A program made the translations under genes and the position numbers. Source: Dehalococcoidia bacterium (GTDB lineage: Bacteria; Chloroflexota; Dehalococcoidia; UBA2979). Taken from it: DNA of 64,000 nt. Under the pieces are notes generated by a model. That model made no database searches. It had not been told where the DNA came from and saw only the letters and a list, made by a program, of their open reading frames with translations. The stretch is from NCBI GenBank assembly GCA_964291495.2, contig OZ219872.1:1-64000 (forward strand), given 5' to 3'. Positions 44,456 to 54,010 of the stretch are shown here, in pieces. Each line of letters starts with the position of its first letter. Positions within the stretch are counted from its first letter, which is position 1.

Positions 44456-45288
44456 TGGCCGCCACCGCTCCCGCCGCAGCGTCCGCCCGCGCCGCCCCGG
44501 CAGCCTCCCCGCTCCTCGAGGCCCGCGGCGTCGAGGTCGAGCTCGGAGGCACGACCATCCTCGATGGCGTCGCCCTCGAGGTGCGGGCGGGGGAGATCGT
44601 CGGGCTCGTCGGGCCGAACGGTGCCGGCAAGAGCACGCTGCTGCGCGCCGTCACCGGCCTCGTCCCGCTGCGCGCCGGCCACATCCGCGTCGGTGGTGAC
44701 GCCCTCGACGGGCTCTCGCGCGGCGAGCTGGCGAGGCGCGTCGCCGTCGTGCAGCAGCTGCCCGAGGCCCCCGCGACGCTACGTGTCCGGCAACTCGCGC
44801 TGCTCGGGCGCCACCCGCACCTGCGGCTGCTCGCGCGCGAGTCCGCGCGCGACCTCGCGATCGCCGAGGGCGCGCTGCGGCAGGCGGGCTGCCTCGAGCT
44901 CGCCGGGCGCGAGCTGGGCACGCTCTCCGGCGGTGAGCGCCGCCGCGCCTTCATCGCCCGAGCGCTCGCGCAGCAGGCCCCGCTGCTGCTGCTCGACGAG
45001 CCGACCGCGAACCTCGATGCCGGGGCGCAGCACGAGGTGCTGGAGCTGGTCGCGGACCTCGCGAGGAACGGGACGGGCGTGCTGCTGGTGGTCCACGACC
45101 TGACGCTGGCGATCGCCTACTGCGACCGCCTCGTGCTGCTCGACCGGGGGCGTGTCGCCGCCGCCGGCGCGCCCGCGGACGTGATCACGCCGGAGCTCGT
45201 CGGCCGCCTCTACGGGGCTGCGGTGACCGTGGTGCCGCACCCGCTGACGGGCGCGCCGCTCGTGCTGCCCTCGCGACTGGGAGGCTGA
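44455..45288 (+). CDS. btuD: BtuD/FecE-type ABC ATPase
   Basis: GPNGAGKS, LSGGERRR, LLDEPT and HDL. Confidence 0.9.
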   Translation: MAATAPAAASARAAPAASPLLEARGVEVELGGTTILDGVALEVRAGEIVGLVGPNGAGKSTLLRAVTGLVPLRAGHIRVGGDALDGLSRGELARRVAVVQQLPEAPATLRVRQLALLGRHPHLRLLARESARDLAIAEGALRQAGCLELAGRELGTLSGGERRRAFIARALAQQAPLLLLDEPTANLDAGAQHEVLELVADLARNGTGVLLVVHDLTLAIAYCDRLVLLDRGRVAAAGAPADVITPELVGRLYGAAVTVVPHPLTGAPLVLPSRLGG

Positions 45289-45289
45289 G

Positions 45290-45856
45290 ATGGCGGACGT
45301 CGAGCAGCCGCGAGGCCGCCACGAGGGGCTGGCGCCGAAGCGCAAGCCGCTCGTGCTGCTCTACACGGGCCACGGCAAGGGCAAGACCAGCTCCGCCCTC
45401 GGCGTGACGCTGCGCGCCTGGGGCCGCGGCTGGAAGATCTGCTGGCTACAGTTCATCAAGTCGAAGACCGCCAACTACGGCGAGACGCGCGCGGCGAGGC
45501 GCATGGGCATCGAGATGATCCCGCTCGGAGACGGCTTCACCTGGCTCTCGAAGGACATCGAGAAGGACATCGCGCTCGCCCGCGAGTGCTGGGCGCTCGC
45601 GCGCGAGAAGCTCGAGTCCGCCGAGTACGACCTCGTGGTCCTCGACGAGATCACGTACCCGATCAGCTACGGCTGGCTGGACGTGCAGGACGTGATCGCG
45701 ACGCTGCGCGAGCGACCCGCCGACGTGCACGTGATCCTCACCGGCCGCGACGCCGCGCCGGAGCTGGTCGAGTTCGCCGACCTCGTCACGGAGATGACCG
45801 AGGTCAAGCACCCCTTCCAGCAAGGCATCAAGGCCCAGCCCGGCCTCGACTTCTGA
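45290..45856 (+). CDS. cobO: Cob(I)yrinate/cobalamin adenosyltransferase (CobO/BtuR)
   Basis: YTGHGKGKTSSA, QFIK, LDEI, TGRDA, ADLVTEM and KHPF..GIKAQPG.DF. Confidence 0.94.
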   Translation: MADVEQPRGRHEGLAPKRKPLVLLYTGHGKGKTSSALGVTLRAWGRGWKICWLQFIKSKTANYGETRAARRMGIEMIPLGDGFTWLSKDIEKDIALARECWALAREKLESAEYDLVVLDEITYPISYGWLDVQDVIATLRERPADVHVILTGRDAAPELVEFADLVTEMTEVKHPFQQGIKAQPGLDF

Positions 45857-45870
45857 CGCGGAGCGCGGCA

Positions 45871-46800
45871 ATGAACCGTGCGCTCACCCTCGCAGCGGCC
45901 ATCGCGATCGACCGCGTGACAGGCGACCCGCCGACGCGCCTGCATCCCGTCGGGGCGCTGGGCGTGGTCGCGCGCGGGCTCGAGGCGATCGCACCGCGCG
46001 GAGCGGACGCGCGACGCGCCTACGGGCTCGGCGCGGCGCTGGCGCTGCCGTCGACGGCAGCGCTCGGCGCGTCCCTCCTGCCGCGCCTGCTCGGCACAAG
46101 TCGTGGTCCCGCGCGCGCTGCCGCGGGCGCGGGCCTGCTCTCGCTCGGCTTCGCGCTGCGCACGCTCCTCGATCGCGCGCGCGAGGTGGAGGACGCGCTC
46201 CGCCTCGGCGAGGTCGAGAATGCGCGCGCGCTGCTCGCGAGGCACCTCGTGAGCCGCGACGTGAGCAGCCTCGGCCCGGGCGAGATCGCCGCCGCGACGA
46301 TCGAGTCGCTGGCCGAGAACCTCAGCGACAGCGTCGTCGCCTCATGGCTCTGGTACGCCCTCGGCGGGCTACCCGCCGCCTGGGCTTACCGGGCTGCGAA
46401 CACGCTCGACGCGCTGTGGGGTTACCGCGACGAGCGCTATCGCGACCTCGGCGAGGCGGCAGCGCGCACGGATGACCTGCTCAATCTCATTCCCGCACGC
46501 CTGACCGCGCTCGCCGTGTGCGCCGCAGCCGCGCGTCACGGAGCGGGCGCGCGCGCCCTTGGCCAGTGGCGCCTCGACGCGGGCCGTACGGAGAGCCCGA
46601 ACGCCGGCCACCCGATGGCCGCGATGGCCGGCGCGCTCGGCGTGCGGATCGGCAAGCGCGGCAGCTACGTCCTCGGCGAGGGACTGCGCGAGCCGTCGTG
46701 CGAGGATGTGCTCCGCGCGCGGCGGCTCGCCTCGGACGCCGCGCTGCTGGCGGCGGGCGCGCTGATCGCCGCGCTCGCCTCGGTGGGAGCAGGCCGGTGA
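45871..46800 (+). CDS. cbiB: Adenosylcobinamide-phosphate synthase (CbiB)
   Basis: GDPP..LHPV, LVSRD, ESLAEN.SD, YRAANTLDA..GY, DDLLN.IPARL and SPNAG.PMAAMAGAL. Confidence 0.92.
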   Translation: MNRALTLAAAIAIDRVTGDPPTRLHPVGALGVVARGLEAIAPRGADARRAYGLGAALALPSTAALGASLLPRLLGTSRGPARAAAGAGLLSLGFALRTLLDRAREVEDALRLGEVENARALLARHLVSRDVSSLGPGEIAAATIESLAENLSDSVVASWLWYALGGLPAAWAYRAANTLDALWGYRDERYRDLGEAAARTDDLLNLIPARLTALAVCAAAARHGAGARALGQWRLDAGRTESPNAGHPMAAMAGALGVRIGKRGSYVLGEGLREPSCEDVLRARRLASDAALLAAGALIAALASVGAGR

Positions 46801-47834
46801 GCCAAGTCGTCCACGGCGGACTGAGCGACGCCGACCTCGCGGCGGCCGGGGCGGACGCCGGGGGAGTGATCGACCTCTCGGCGAACCTCCACCCGCACGG
46901 GCTGCACCCGCTCGTCGTCGAGGCGGTGCGCGGCGCGGCGCTCGACCGCTACCCCGAGCCCGACGCGGCCTCGCTCCGCGACGCCACCGCGGACTCGATC
47001 GGCCTCGATCCGGAGCAGGTGCTGGTCACGGCGGGCGCGACGGGCGCGATCCATCTCGCAGCGCGAGCCCTGCTGCGCCCGGGCGACGCCTGCACGATCT
47101 TCACGCCCGCCTTCAGCGAGTACGAGGCGGCAGCGCGGGCCGCCGGGGCGCGCGTCGTGGGCCACGCCGCCACCCCGCCCGAGTTCGTCCCGCCCTCGGA
47201 TCCGCCGCCCGCCCCGCTCACGATGCTCGGCAATCCCGGCAACCCGCACGGCGCCTACCTCGAGGCCGGCGCGGTGCGGCGCCTGGCGGCGGAGACCGGA
47301 GGCGTCCTCCTGCTCGACGCGGTCTACGAGCCGTTCGTCGAGGACGGCTGGGACGCCAACGAGTTCGTGCGCCAGGGCTTCCCCGTGCTCGTCGTGCACT
47401 CCTTCACCAAGCTGCACTCGATCCCCGGCCTCCGCGTCGGTTATGTCACCGGAGCGGCCGAACTGATCGCCCGCCTCGCCGCGCTCCAGCAGCCGTGGAT
47501 TGTCGGCGCTCCCGCCCTCGCCGCGGCCCGCGCCGCCCTGCCGCTCGACGCCTCGAGGCGCGCGAGCGCCCGTGAGGTCGGCGAGACTCGCGAGGCGCTG
47601 CGCGGCTTCTTCGCAGAGCACGGCATCGAGACCACGCCCTCTCGGGCGAACTTCGTGCTGGCGTGCGTGGGCGATGGCGCCGCGCTGCGCGCCCGGCTGC
47701 TGCGGCGCGGCTTCGCCGTCCGCGAGTGCGCCTCGTTCGGCCTGCCCGAGTGGGTGCGCATCGCGACGCCTTCCTCGCGCGACCTGCCACGCCTCCTCGC
47801 AGCCCTCGAGGGCACGCTGGAGGAGCGGACGTGA
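46797..47834 (+). CDS. cobD: L-threonine-O-3-phosphate decarboxylase (CobD-like, PLP class I/II)
   Basis: HGG, DLSANLHP, RYP, NPGNPHG and SFTKLHSIPGLRVGY; position between cbiB and cbiP. Confidence 0.8.
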   Translation: MSQVVHGGLSDADLAAAGADAGGVIDLSANLHPHGLHPLVVEAVRGAALDRYPEPDAASLRDATADSIGLDPEQVLVTAGATGAIHLAARALLRPGDACTIFTPAFSEYEAAARAAGARVVGHAATPPEFVPPSDPPPAPLTMLGNPGNPHGAYLEAGAVRRLAAETGGVLLLDAVYEPFVEDGWDANEFVRQGFPVLVVHSFTKLHSIPGLRVGYVTGAAELIARLAALQQPWIVGAPALAAARAALPLDASRRASAREVGETREALRGFFAEHGIETTPSRANFVLACVGDGAALRARLLRRGFAVRECASFGLPEWVRIATPSSRDLPRLLAALEGTLEERT

Positions 47835-49351
47835 CACCCGAGGCGCGGCTCGCGCCGGTGTTGCTGGTGGCGGGGACGGCGTCCTCTGTCGGCAAGTCGG
47901 TGCTTGTGACGGCGCTCTGCCGGATCTTCCGGCAGGACGGTGTGCGGGTCGCGCCGTTCAAGGCACAGAACATGTCGAACAACGCCGCCGTGACTGCCGA
48001 CGGCCTCGAGATCGGGCGCGCGCAGGCGGAGCAGGCGCGCGCTGCCGGCCTCGAACCCACTGTCGAGATGAACCCCGTGCTGCTCAAGCCGCAGGGCGAC
48101 CGCACCTCGCAGCTCGTGCTGCGAGGGCGTCCCGCTGGCCGGTTGCACAGCGCCGACTTCCCCTCGCGCAAGCGCGATCTCTGGCCGGATGCCGCGCGCG
48201 CCCTCGACGAGCTGCGCGCGCGCTTCGAGCTGGTGATCGCCGAAGGCGCCGGCAGCCCCGCCGAGCCGAACCTGCGCGCGGGCGACCTCGCGAACATGCG
48301 CGTCGCGCGCCACGCACGGGGCCCGGTGCTGATCGTCGGCGACATCGACCGAGGCGGCGTCTTCGCGCACCTGCTCGGCACGCTCGAGCTGCTGCCGCCG
48401 GAGGACCGCGCGCTCGTGCGCGGGTTCGTCATCAACCGCTTCCGTGGCGACCCCTCGCTGCTCGACCCGGCAATCGAGGAGCTCGATGAGCGCACCGGCG
48501 TGCCCGTGCTCGGCGTAATCCCCTGGATCGACGACATCGGCGTGGCCGAGGAAGACGCGGTCGCCCTCGAGCGCGCCGGCGGACCGCCCCCCGGCGTCGG
48601 GAGCGCCGAGGTCGATATCGCCGTCGTGCAGCTGCCGCGGATCGCAAACTTCGACGACTTCGATCCGCTCGCGCGCGAGCCCGGCGTGCACCTGCGCTAC
48701 GTGCGAAGCGCCGAGGAGTTCGGGCGTCCCGACCTCGCGGTGCTGCCCGGCACGAAGGCGACCGCGGCGGACCTCGGCTGGCTGCGCGAGCGCGGCCTCG
48801 ACCGCGCGATCGAGGCGCACGCCGCGAGCGGCGGCGTGGTCCTCGGGATCTGCGGGGGTCTACAGATGCTCGGTGAGCGGCTGATCGACGAGGACGGCGT
48901 CGAGGCCGCCCCCGGCACGGCGCTGCCGGGACTGGGCCTGCTGCAGATCGAGACGCGCTTCTCCGCAGGCAAGACGACGCGGCGCGCCTCGGGCGAGGTG
49001 GCCGCCTCGGCGGGACCGTGGGCGCGGGCCTCGGGCGTCGCGGTCGAGGGCTACGAGATCCACATGGGAGAGAGCGCCGCGACCCGCGAGGGCGCCGTGC
49101 GGCCCCTGCTGCGCCTCGGCGGTCGCCCGGACGGCGCGATCGCCGCCGACGGACGCGTCGCCGGCACCTACCTCCACGGCCTGCTGCACAACAACGAGCT
49201 GCGCGCCGCCCTGCTTCGCGCCCTCGGGCGGCGCGGCGCCGCAGCGGACGCGCCCGAGGAGGAGCGGCGCGAGCAGGCCTTCGATCGCCTCGCCGCGGCC
49301 GTACGCGAGCACCTCGACATGCGGCGGGTGCGAGCGCTGGTTGGCCTCTGA
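47831..49351 (+). CDS. cobQ: Cobyric acid synthase (CbiP/CobQ)
   Basis: GTASSVGKS, PFKAQNMSNN, MNPVLLKP, EGAGSPAE, DIDRGG, GICGGLQMLG, GYEIH and GTYLHG. Confidence 0.95.
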   Translation: MTPEARLAPVLLVAGTASSVGKSVLVTALCRIFRQDGVRVAPFKAQNMSNNAAVTADGLEIGRAQAEQARAAGLEPTVEMNPVLLKPQGDRTSQLVLRGRPAGRLHSADFPSRKRDLWPDAARALDELRARFELVIAEGAGSPAEPNLRAGDLANMRVARHARGPVLIVGDIDRGGVFAHLLGTLELLPPEDRALVRGFVINRFRGDPSLLDPAIEELDERTGVPVLGVIPWIDDIGVAEEDAVALERAGGPPPGVGSAEVDIAVVQLPRIANFDDFDPLAREPGVHLRYVRSAEEFGRPDLAVLPGTKATAADLGWLRERGLDRAIEAHAASGGVVLGICGGLQMLGERLIDEDGVEAAPGTALPGLGLLQIETRFSAGKTTRRASGEVAASAGPWARASGVAVEGYEIHMGESAATREGAVRPLLRLGGRPDGAIAADGRVAGTYLHGLLHNNELRAALLRALGRRGAAADAPEEERREQAFDRLAAAVREHLDMRRVRALVGL

Positions 49352-49423
49352 CGCCCGGCTGTCCGAGGATGGGCGGACCCGGGGCGCGAGCCCTCGCGCA
49401 GCGGGCAGCGGGAGGACCGGACG

Positions 49424-50131
49424 ATCAGCAGCGGCACGATCACGCCCGGAGGGGGCGCCGGACGGCGCTTCTACCTCGATCTGCACTCGCACTCGACCGA
49501 CGCCTCGGACGACGCCGGCGGCACCGTCGAGGGCTATCTCAAGTGGATCGTCGCGCGCCGCAAGCGCGGCTACCGCGTCGACGGCTTCGTGCTCACCGAG
49601 CACCGCCAGTTCGACCCCGCCGTCTCCTACGAGGCGCTCGCCGAGCAGTACGAGACGGTCGTGCTGCGCGGCGCCGAGCTGGAGACCGAGGTCGGTCACG
49701 TCCTCGTCTACGGCATCAGCGAGGAGTTCTCGCGGCGCTTCGACCTGTCCTCGGTACACCTCCCCTCCTCGGAGGTCTTCCGCGTCGCACGCGAGACCGG
49801 CGGCTTCGCCGTCGGGGCGCACGCGGGTCGGGCGAGCATCGGTCTCGCCGAGCACGTCGCGGCCGGCTACGGCCTCGAGGGCGTGGTCGAGGCGGTGGAG
49901 ACGCTGAACGGCGGCAGCTCGGACGCGGAGAACGCGCTCGCGCTGCAGCTGGCGCGGGAGCACGGCCTCGGCTGCGTCGGCGGCAGCGACGCGCACTACG
50001 TGAGCGCGATCGGCCGCTGCCTGACCGCCTTCGCCCGCCCCGTCACCACCATCGAGGCGCTCGTGACGGAGCTGGCCGCGGGCGACTACTACCCGGTCAC
50101 GATTGAGGAGACGCGCGAGGGTGGTGGATGA
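49424..50131 (+). CDS. PHP-domain metal-dependent phosphoesterase (start codon unclear)
   Basis: In frame upstream of the listed ORF: DLHSHS..SDD, then LTEH, GAE, GHVLVYG, AH and GGSDAH. No ATG/GTG/TTG precedes the HxH motif; GGAGG at 49411 precedes ACG/ATC. Confidence 0.8.
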   Translation: MSSGTITPGGGAGRRFYLDLHSHSTDASDDAGGTVEGYLKWIVARRKRGYRVDGFVLTEHRQFDPAVSYEALAEQYETVVLRGAELETEVGHVLVYGISEEFSRRFDLSSVHLPSSEVFRVARETGGFAVGAHAGRASIGLAEHVAAGYGLEGVVEAVETLNGGSSDAENALALQLAREHGLGCVGGSDAHYVSAIGRCLTAFARPVTTIEALVTELAAGDYYPVTIEETREGGG

Positions 50132-50331
50132 CGGACAAACAGCGGCGGAGTGAGCCGGACGAGGAGACCGATCCGCCCGGTGCCGCAACCGCTGGTGATG
50201 TCGGGGAGCCGCGCATCCCGCTCGGGCAATGGCTCGTAGAGAACATGCCGCGCGGAACCGATCTCGAAGTGCCGGATCGCCGCGAGTCGAATCGCAAGAT
50301 CCCCTTCATTGACGACGAGGAGTGGGCCTGA
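50128..50331 (+). CDS. Small hypothetical protein, possibly an orphan antitoxin C-terminal remnant
   Basis: 67 aa, ATGA overlap; PLGQWLVENMPRGTDLEVPDR recalls acidic antitoxin tails (recollection only). Confidence 0.45.
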   Translation: MTDKQRRSEPDEETDPPGAATAGDVGEPRIPLGQWLVENMPRGTDLEVPDRRESNRKIPFIDDEEWA

Positions 50332-50396
50332 GCAGGACTCTGCACGGCGGCGTGATCAACCCCTGGGAAGCAACTTGACCGCGACCGCCAGTGCCC

Positions 50397-51515
50397 TCAG
50401 TCGAACACCAGCAGGCTGCGCGCGCCCTCGCCTTCGTCCATCGCGCGGAAGGCGTCGTTGATGGCGTCGAGCGGGATGCGGCGGCTGATCATCTCGTCGA
50501 GGTGGAGCCGGCCCTGCTCGTACAGCTCGAGGTGGTTGGGGATGTCGACGCGGAAGGCGTTGGACCCCATCCGCGAGGTCTGCAGGCGGCACTCCGGGCG
50601 CAGCGCCTCCCACGGGAACTCCATCTTCGCGCCCGCCGGCAGCACGCCGACGATCGTCGCCGTCCCGCGGATCGCGAGGCTCTGCACGGCTTGCGTGACG
50701 AGCATCGGCAGCCCGACGGCCTCGAAGGCGTGGTCCACGCCTCGGCCGCCCGTCAGCTCGCGGATCGCCGCGACGGGGTCCGTCTCGGTGGCGTTGACCG
50801 TGTCCGTCGCGCCCAGCTCGCGCGCGAGCTCGAGCTTCGCGTCGAACTTGTCGACGGCGATGATCCGTCGCGCCCCGGCGACGCGCGCGCCCTGGAGGAT
50901 CGAGAGTCCCACGCCGCCGCAGCCATAGATCGCCGCCGTCTCGCCCGGCTTGAGGCCTGACGTGCGGATCGCCGCGCCGAAGCCCGTGGTGACGGCGCAG
51001 CCGACGATCGCGGCCGTCTGGAGCGGGTAGCGCTTGTCGATCTTCACCACCGAGTTCTCGTGCAGCAGCATCGCCTCTGAGTGGCTGGCGATCTCGGACC
51101 CCTGGCGCACGGGCACGCCGTCAATCGAGAGCCGCGGCGCGTCCCCGGCGCCGCGCATCACCGTGTCCTCCTTGCCGGCGCAGAGGTTGGGATGGCCGCG
51201 CAGGCACTGCTCGCAGCTTCCGCAGAAGCCGGAGAGGCAGGCGACGATGTGGTCGCCCGGCTCCACGTAGGTGACGTCCGGACCGACCGCCTCGACGACC
51301 CCGGAACCCTCGTGCCCGAGAACCACCTTGTCGAAGCCCTGCCAGCGCGCACCAACGAGGCCGTCGAGGGAGTGCTTGTCGCTGTGGCACACGCCGGAGG
51401 CGGCAGTGCGGACGAGCACCTCCTTGCCGATCGGGTCGGCGATCTCGACCTCCTCGACGGTCATCGGCTCATGCGGTCTGCGGAAGATCGCCGCGCGCAT
51501 CTGCATCGTTGCCAC
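50397..51515 (-). CDS. Zn-dependent alcohol dehydrogenase, paralog 2
   Basis: GVCHSD, GHEGSG, CGSCEQC......C, GCAVTTG and GCGGVG. Confidence 0.93.
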   Translation of the reverse strand: MATMQMRAAIFRRPHEPMTVEEVEIADPIGKEVLVRTAASGVCHSDKHSLDGLVGARWQGFDKVVLGHEGSGVVEAVGPDVTYVEPGDHIVACLSGFCGSCEQCLRGHPNLCAGKEDTVMRGAGDAPRLSIDGVPVRQGSEIASHSEAMLLHENSVVKIDKRYPLQTAAIVGCAVTTGFGAAIRTSGLKPGETAAIYGCGGVGLSILQGARVAGARRIIAVDKFDAKLELARELGATDTVNATETDPVAAIRELTGGRGVDHAFEAVGLPMLVTQAVQSLAIRGTATIVGVLPAGAKMEFPWEALRPECRLQTSRMGSNAFRVDIPNHLELYEQGRLHLDEMISRRIPLDAINDAFRAMDEGEGARSLLVFD

Positions 51516-51535
51516 CCTTCTTCCGCCCGCTCAGG

Positions 51536-52651
51536 TCAGTCGAACAGCACCAGGCTACGCGCGCCCTCGCCCTCGTCCATCCTGCGGAAGGCGTCGTTGA
51601 GGTCGTCGAGCGCGATGCGGTGGGTGATCATCTCGTCGAGGCGGAGGCGGCCCTGCTCGTACAGCTCCATGTAGTGCGGGATGTCGTAGCGGAACGCGTT
51701 CGATCCCATCCTCGAGGTCTGGAGGCGGCACTCCGGCCGCAGCGCCTCCCAGGGGAACTCGATGCTCGCGCCGGCCGGGAGCACCCCGACGACCGTCGCG
51801 GTCCCGCGGATCGCGAGGCTCTGCACCGCCTGCGTGACCAGCATTGGCAGCCCGACGGCCTCGAAGGCGTGGTCGACGCCTCGGCCGCCCGTCAGTTCGC
51901 GGATCGCGGCGACAGGGTCGGTCTCTGTGGCGTTGACCGCGTCGGTGGCGCCCAGCGCACACGCGAGATCGAGCTTCGCGTCGAACCTGTCGACCGCGAT
52001 GATGCGCCGCGCACCGGCCACGCGGGCGCCCTGGATGACCGAGAGCCCGACGCCCCCGCAGCCGAAGATCGCCGCCGTCTCGCCCGGCTGGAGGCCGGAC
52101 GTGCGAATCGCCGCGCCGAAGCCGGTGGTGACGGCGCAGCCGACGATCGAGGCCGTCTCCAGCGGGTAGCGCTTGTCGATCTGCACGACCGAGTTCTCGT
52201 GCAGCAGCATCGCCTCGGCGTAGCTCGCGATGTCGTAGCCCTGCCGCACGGGCTCACCGTCCATCGAGTAGCGCGGCGGCTCCGCTGCATCGCGCATCAC
52301 CACACCTCTGCCGATGCAGAGGTGCGGGCGGCCGCGCAGGCACTGCTCGCAGTTGCCGCAGAACCCGGAGAGACAGGCGACCACGTGATCGCCGGGCTGC
52401 ACGTAGGTCACGTCCGGCCCGACCGCCTCGACAACGCCGGAGCCCTCGTGGCCGAGGATGGCGCTGTCCACGCCGCGCCAGCGGTCGCCGACGAGGTCAT
52501 CGATGTTGTGCTTGTCGCTGTGGCAGACGCCGGAGGCGGCGGTGCGGACGAGCACCTCCTTGCCGATCGGGTCGGCGATCTCGACGTCCTCGATGGTCAG
52601 CGGCTCGTGCGGTCTCCGGAAGATCGCCGCGCGGATCTGCATCGCCGTCAT
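51536..52651 (-). CDS. Zn-dependent alcohol dehydrogenase, paralog 1
   Basis: Same motifs; highly similar to its neighbour. Confidence 0.93.
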   Translation of the reverse strand: MTAMQIRAAIFRRPHEPLTIEDVEIADPIGKEVLVRTAASGVCHSDKHNIDDLVGDRWRGVDSAILGHEGSGVVEAVGPDVTYVQPGDHVVACLSGFCGNCEQCLRGRPHLCIGRGVVMRDAAEPPRYSMDGEPVRQGYDIASYAEAMLLHENSVVQIDKRYPLETASIVGCAVTTGFGAAIRTSGLQPGETAAIFGCGGVGLSVIQGARVAGARRIIAVDRFDAKLDLACALGATDAVNATETDPVAAIRELTGGRGVDHAFEAVGLPMLVTQAVQSLAIRGTATVVGVLPAGASIEFPWEALRPECRLQTSRMGSNAFRYDIPHYMELYEQGRLRLDEMITHRIALDDLNDAFRRMDEGEGARSLVLFD

Positions 52652-52769
52652 CCCTCCGCTGCGTGTTGCGGCAGCATATCCTGCTGCCCCGCACCTCGGG
52701 CGTACGCGCTCGCGGTATCATGACGGACAGAGGCACTTCACCAGCACGGACAGGCACGAGGGGCACGCC

Positions 52770-53990
52770 ATGGACTGGAGCGACAGCACGGAGCAGGCCG
52801 CATTCAGGGCCGAGGTGCGCAACCTCGCAACCGAGGGACTCCCGCCGCTCTACCGGCGCATGGCCGAGCAGGGCCGCAACGAGGCGAACTGGCAGTCGGA
52901 CCGCGGCTCGGACGACCCTGCCCGCCGCGAGGCCGCCGAGGGCTGGGCGAACGCCCTGGCCGATCACGGCTGGATCGCGCCGCACTGGCCGAAGGAGTAC
53001 GGCGGCGCGGGCCTCGGCCCGATGGAGCAGTTCATCTTCAAGCACGAGCTCGCGATGGCCGGGGCGCCCGAAGTCGGCGGCCACGGCGTGATGACGCTCG
53101 GCCCGACACTGATCGTGCACGGAAGCGAGGACCAGAAGGCGCGCTATCTGCCCCCGATCCTCTCCGGCGACGTCGCCTGGGCGCAGGGCTACTCCGAGCC
53201 CGGCTCCGGCTCCGATCTCGCCTCGCTGCAGACCTCGGCGGACCGTGACGGCGACGAGTACGTGATCAACGGGCAGAAGATCTGGACGTCCGGCGCGCAC
53301 GTCTCGGACTCGCTCTTCCTGCTCGCGCGCACGGACCGCAACGCCCCGAAGCACCGCGGCATCTCCTTCATGCTCGTCGACGACATCCACACGAACGGGT
53401 TGCAGGTGCAGCCGCTCGTCGACATGGGCTGGCGGCACGAGTTCAACGAGACGTTCTTCGAGGGCGTGCGCACGCCGACGACTCACGTCGTGGGCGAGGT
53501 CAACCGCGGCTGGTACGTCGGCATGACGCTGATGGACTTCGAGCGCTCCGGCGTGGCGGGCGCGGTGCGGCTGCGCGCCGACCTCGATCGCTTCGTCACC
53601 GAGCTGCGCGGCGAGGAGCGCTGGCGCTCGCGCATCGAGCGCTACCCGGCGCTGCGCTCCGTGATCGCCGAGCGCCTCGAGGAGACAGAGGTGGGCTTCA
53701 ACTTCTCGGCGCGGATCGCTTCGATGCAGGACCAGGGCATCGTGCCGAACTACGAGGCCTCGATCGCGAAGGTGTTCGTGAGCGAGACCGGGCAGCGCCT
53801 CGCGCAGACCGCGTCGCGCGCCTTCGGCCTCTACGCGAACCTCTGGGACGCCGACGACCCGCGCGCGCCGCTTCACGCCGGACCGACGCAGGACTACGTG
53901 CGCCGCGTCGCCACGACGATCTACAGCGGCACGTCCGAGATCCAGCGCAACATCATCGCGACGCGCGGCCTCGGGCTGCCGCGCTCGTAG
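52770..53990 (+). CDS. Acyl-CoA dehydrogenase family protein
   Basis: WPKEYGG, QGYSEPGSGSDLASL, INGQKIWTS, FNETFF and TIYSGTSEIQRNIIA.RGLGLP. Confidence 0.93.
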   Translation: MDWSDSTEQAAFRAEVRNLATEGLPPLYRRMAEQGRNEANWQSDRGSDDPARREAAEGWANALADHGWIAPHWPKEYGGAGLGPMEQFIFKHELAMAGAPEVGGHGVMTLGPTLIVHGSEDQKARYLPPILSGDVAWAQGYSEPGSGSDLASLQTSADRDGDEYVINGQKIWTSGAHVSDSLFLLARTDRNAPKHRGISFMLVDDIHTNGLQVQPLVDMGWRHEFNETFFEGVRTPTTHVVGEVNRGWYVGMTLMDFERSGVAGAVRLRADLDRFVTELRGEERWRSRIERYPALRSVIAERLEETEVGFNFSARIASMQDQGIVPNYEASIAKVFVSETGQRLAQTASRAFGLYANLWDADDPRAPLHAGPTQDYVRRVATTIYSGTSEIQRNIIATRGLGLPRS

Positions 53991-54010
53991 CGGCCCCGCG
54001 CCCGTCGCAC

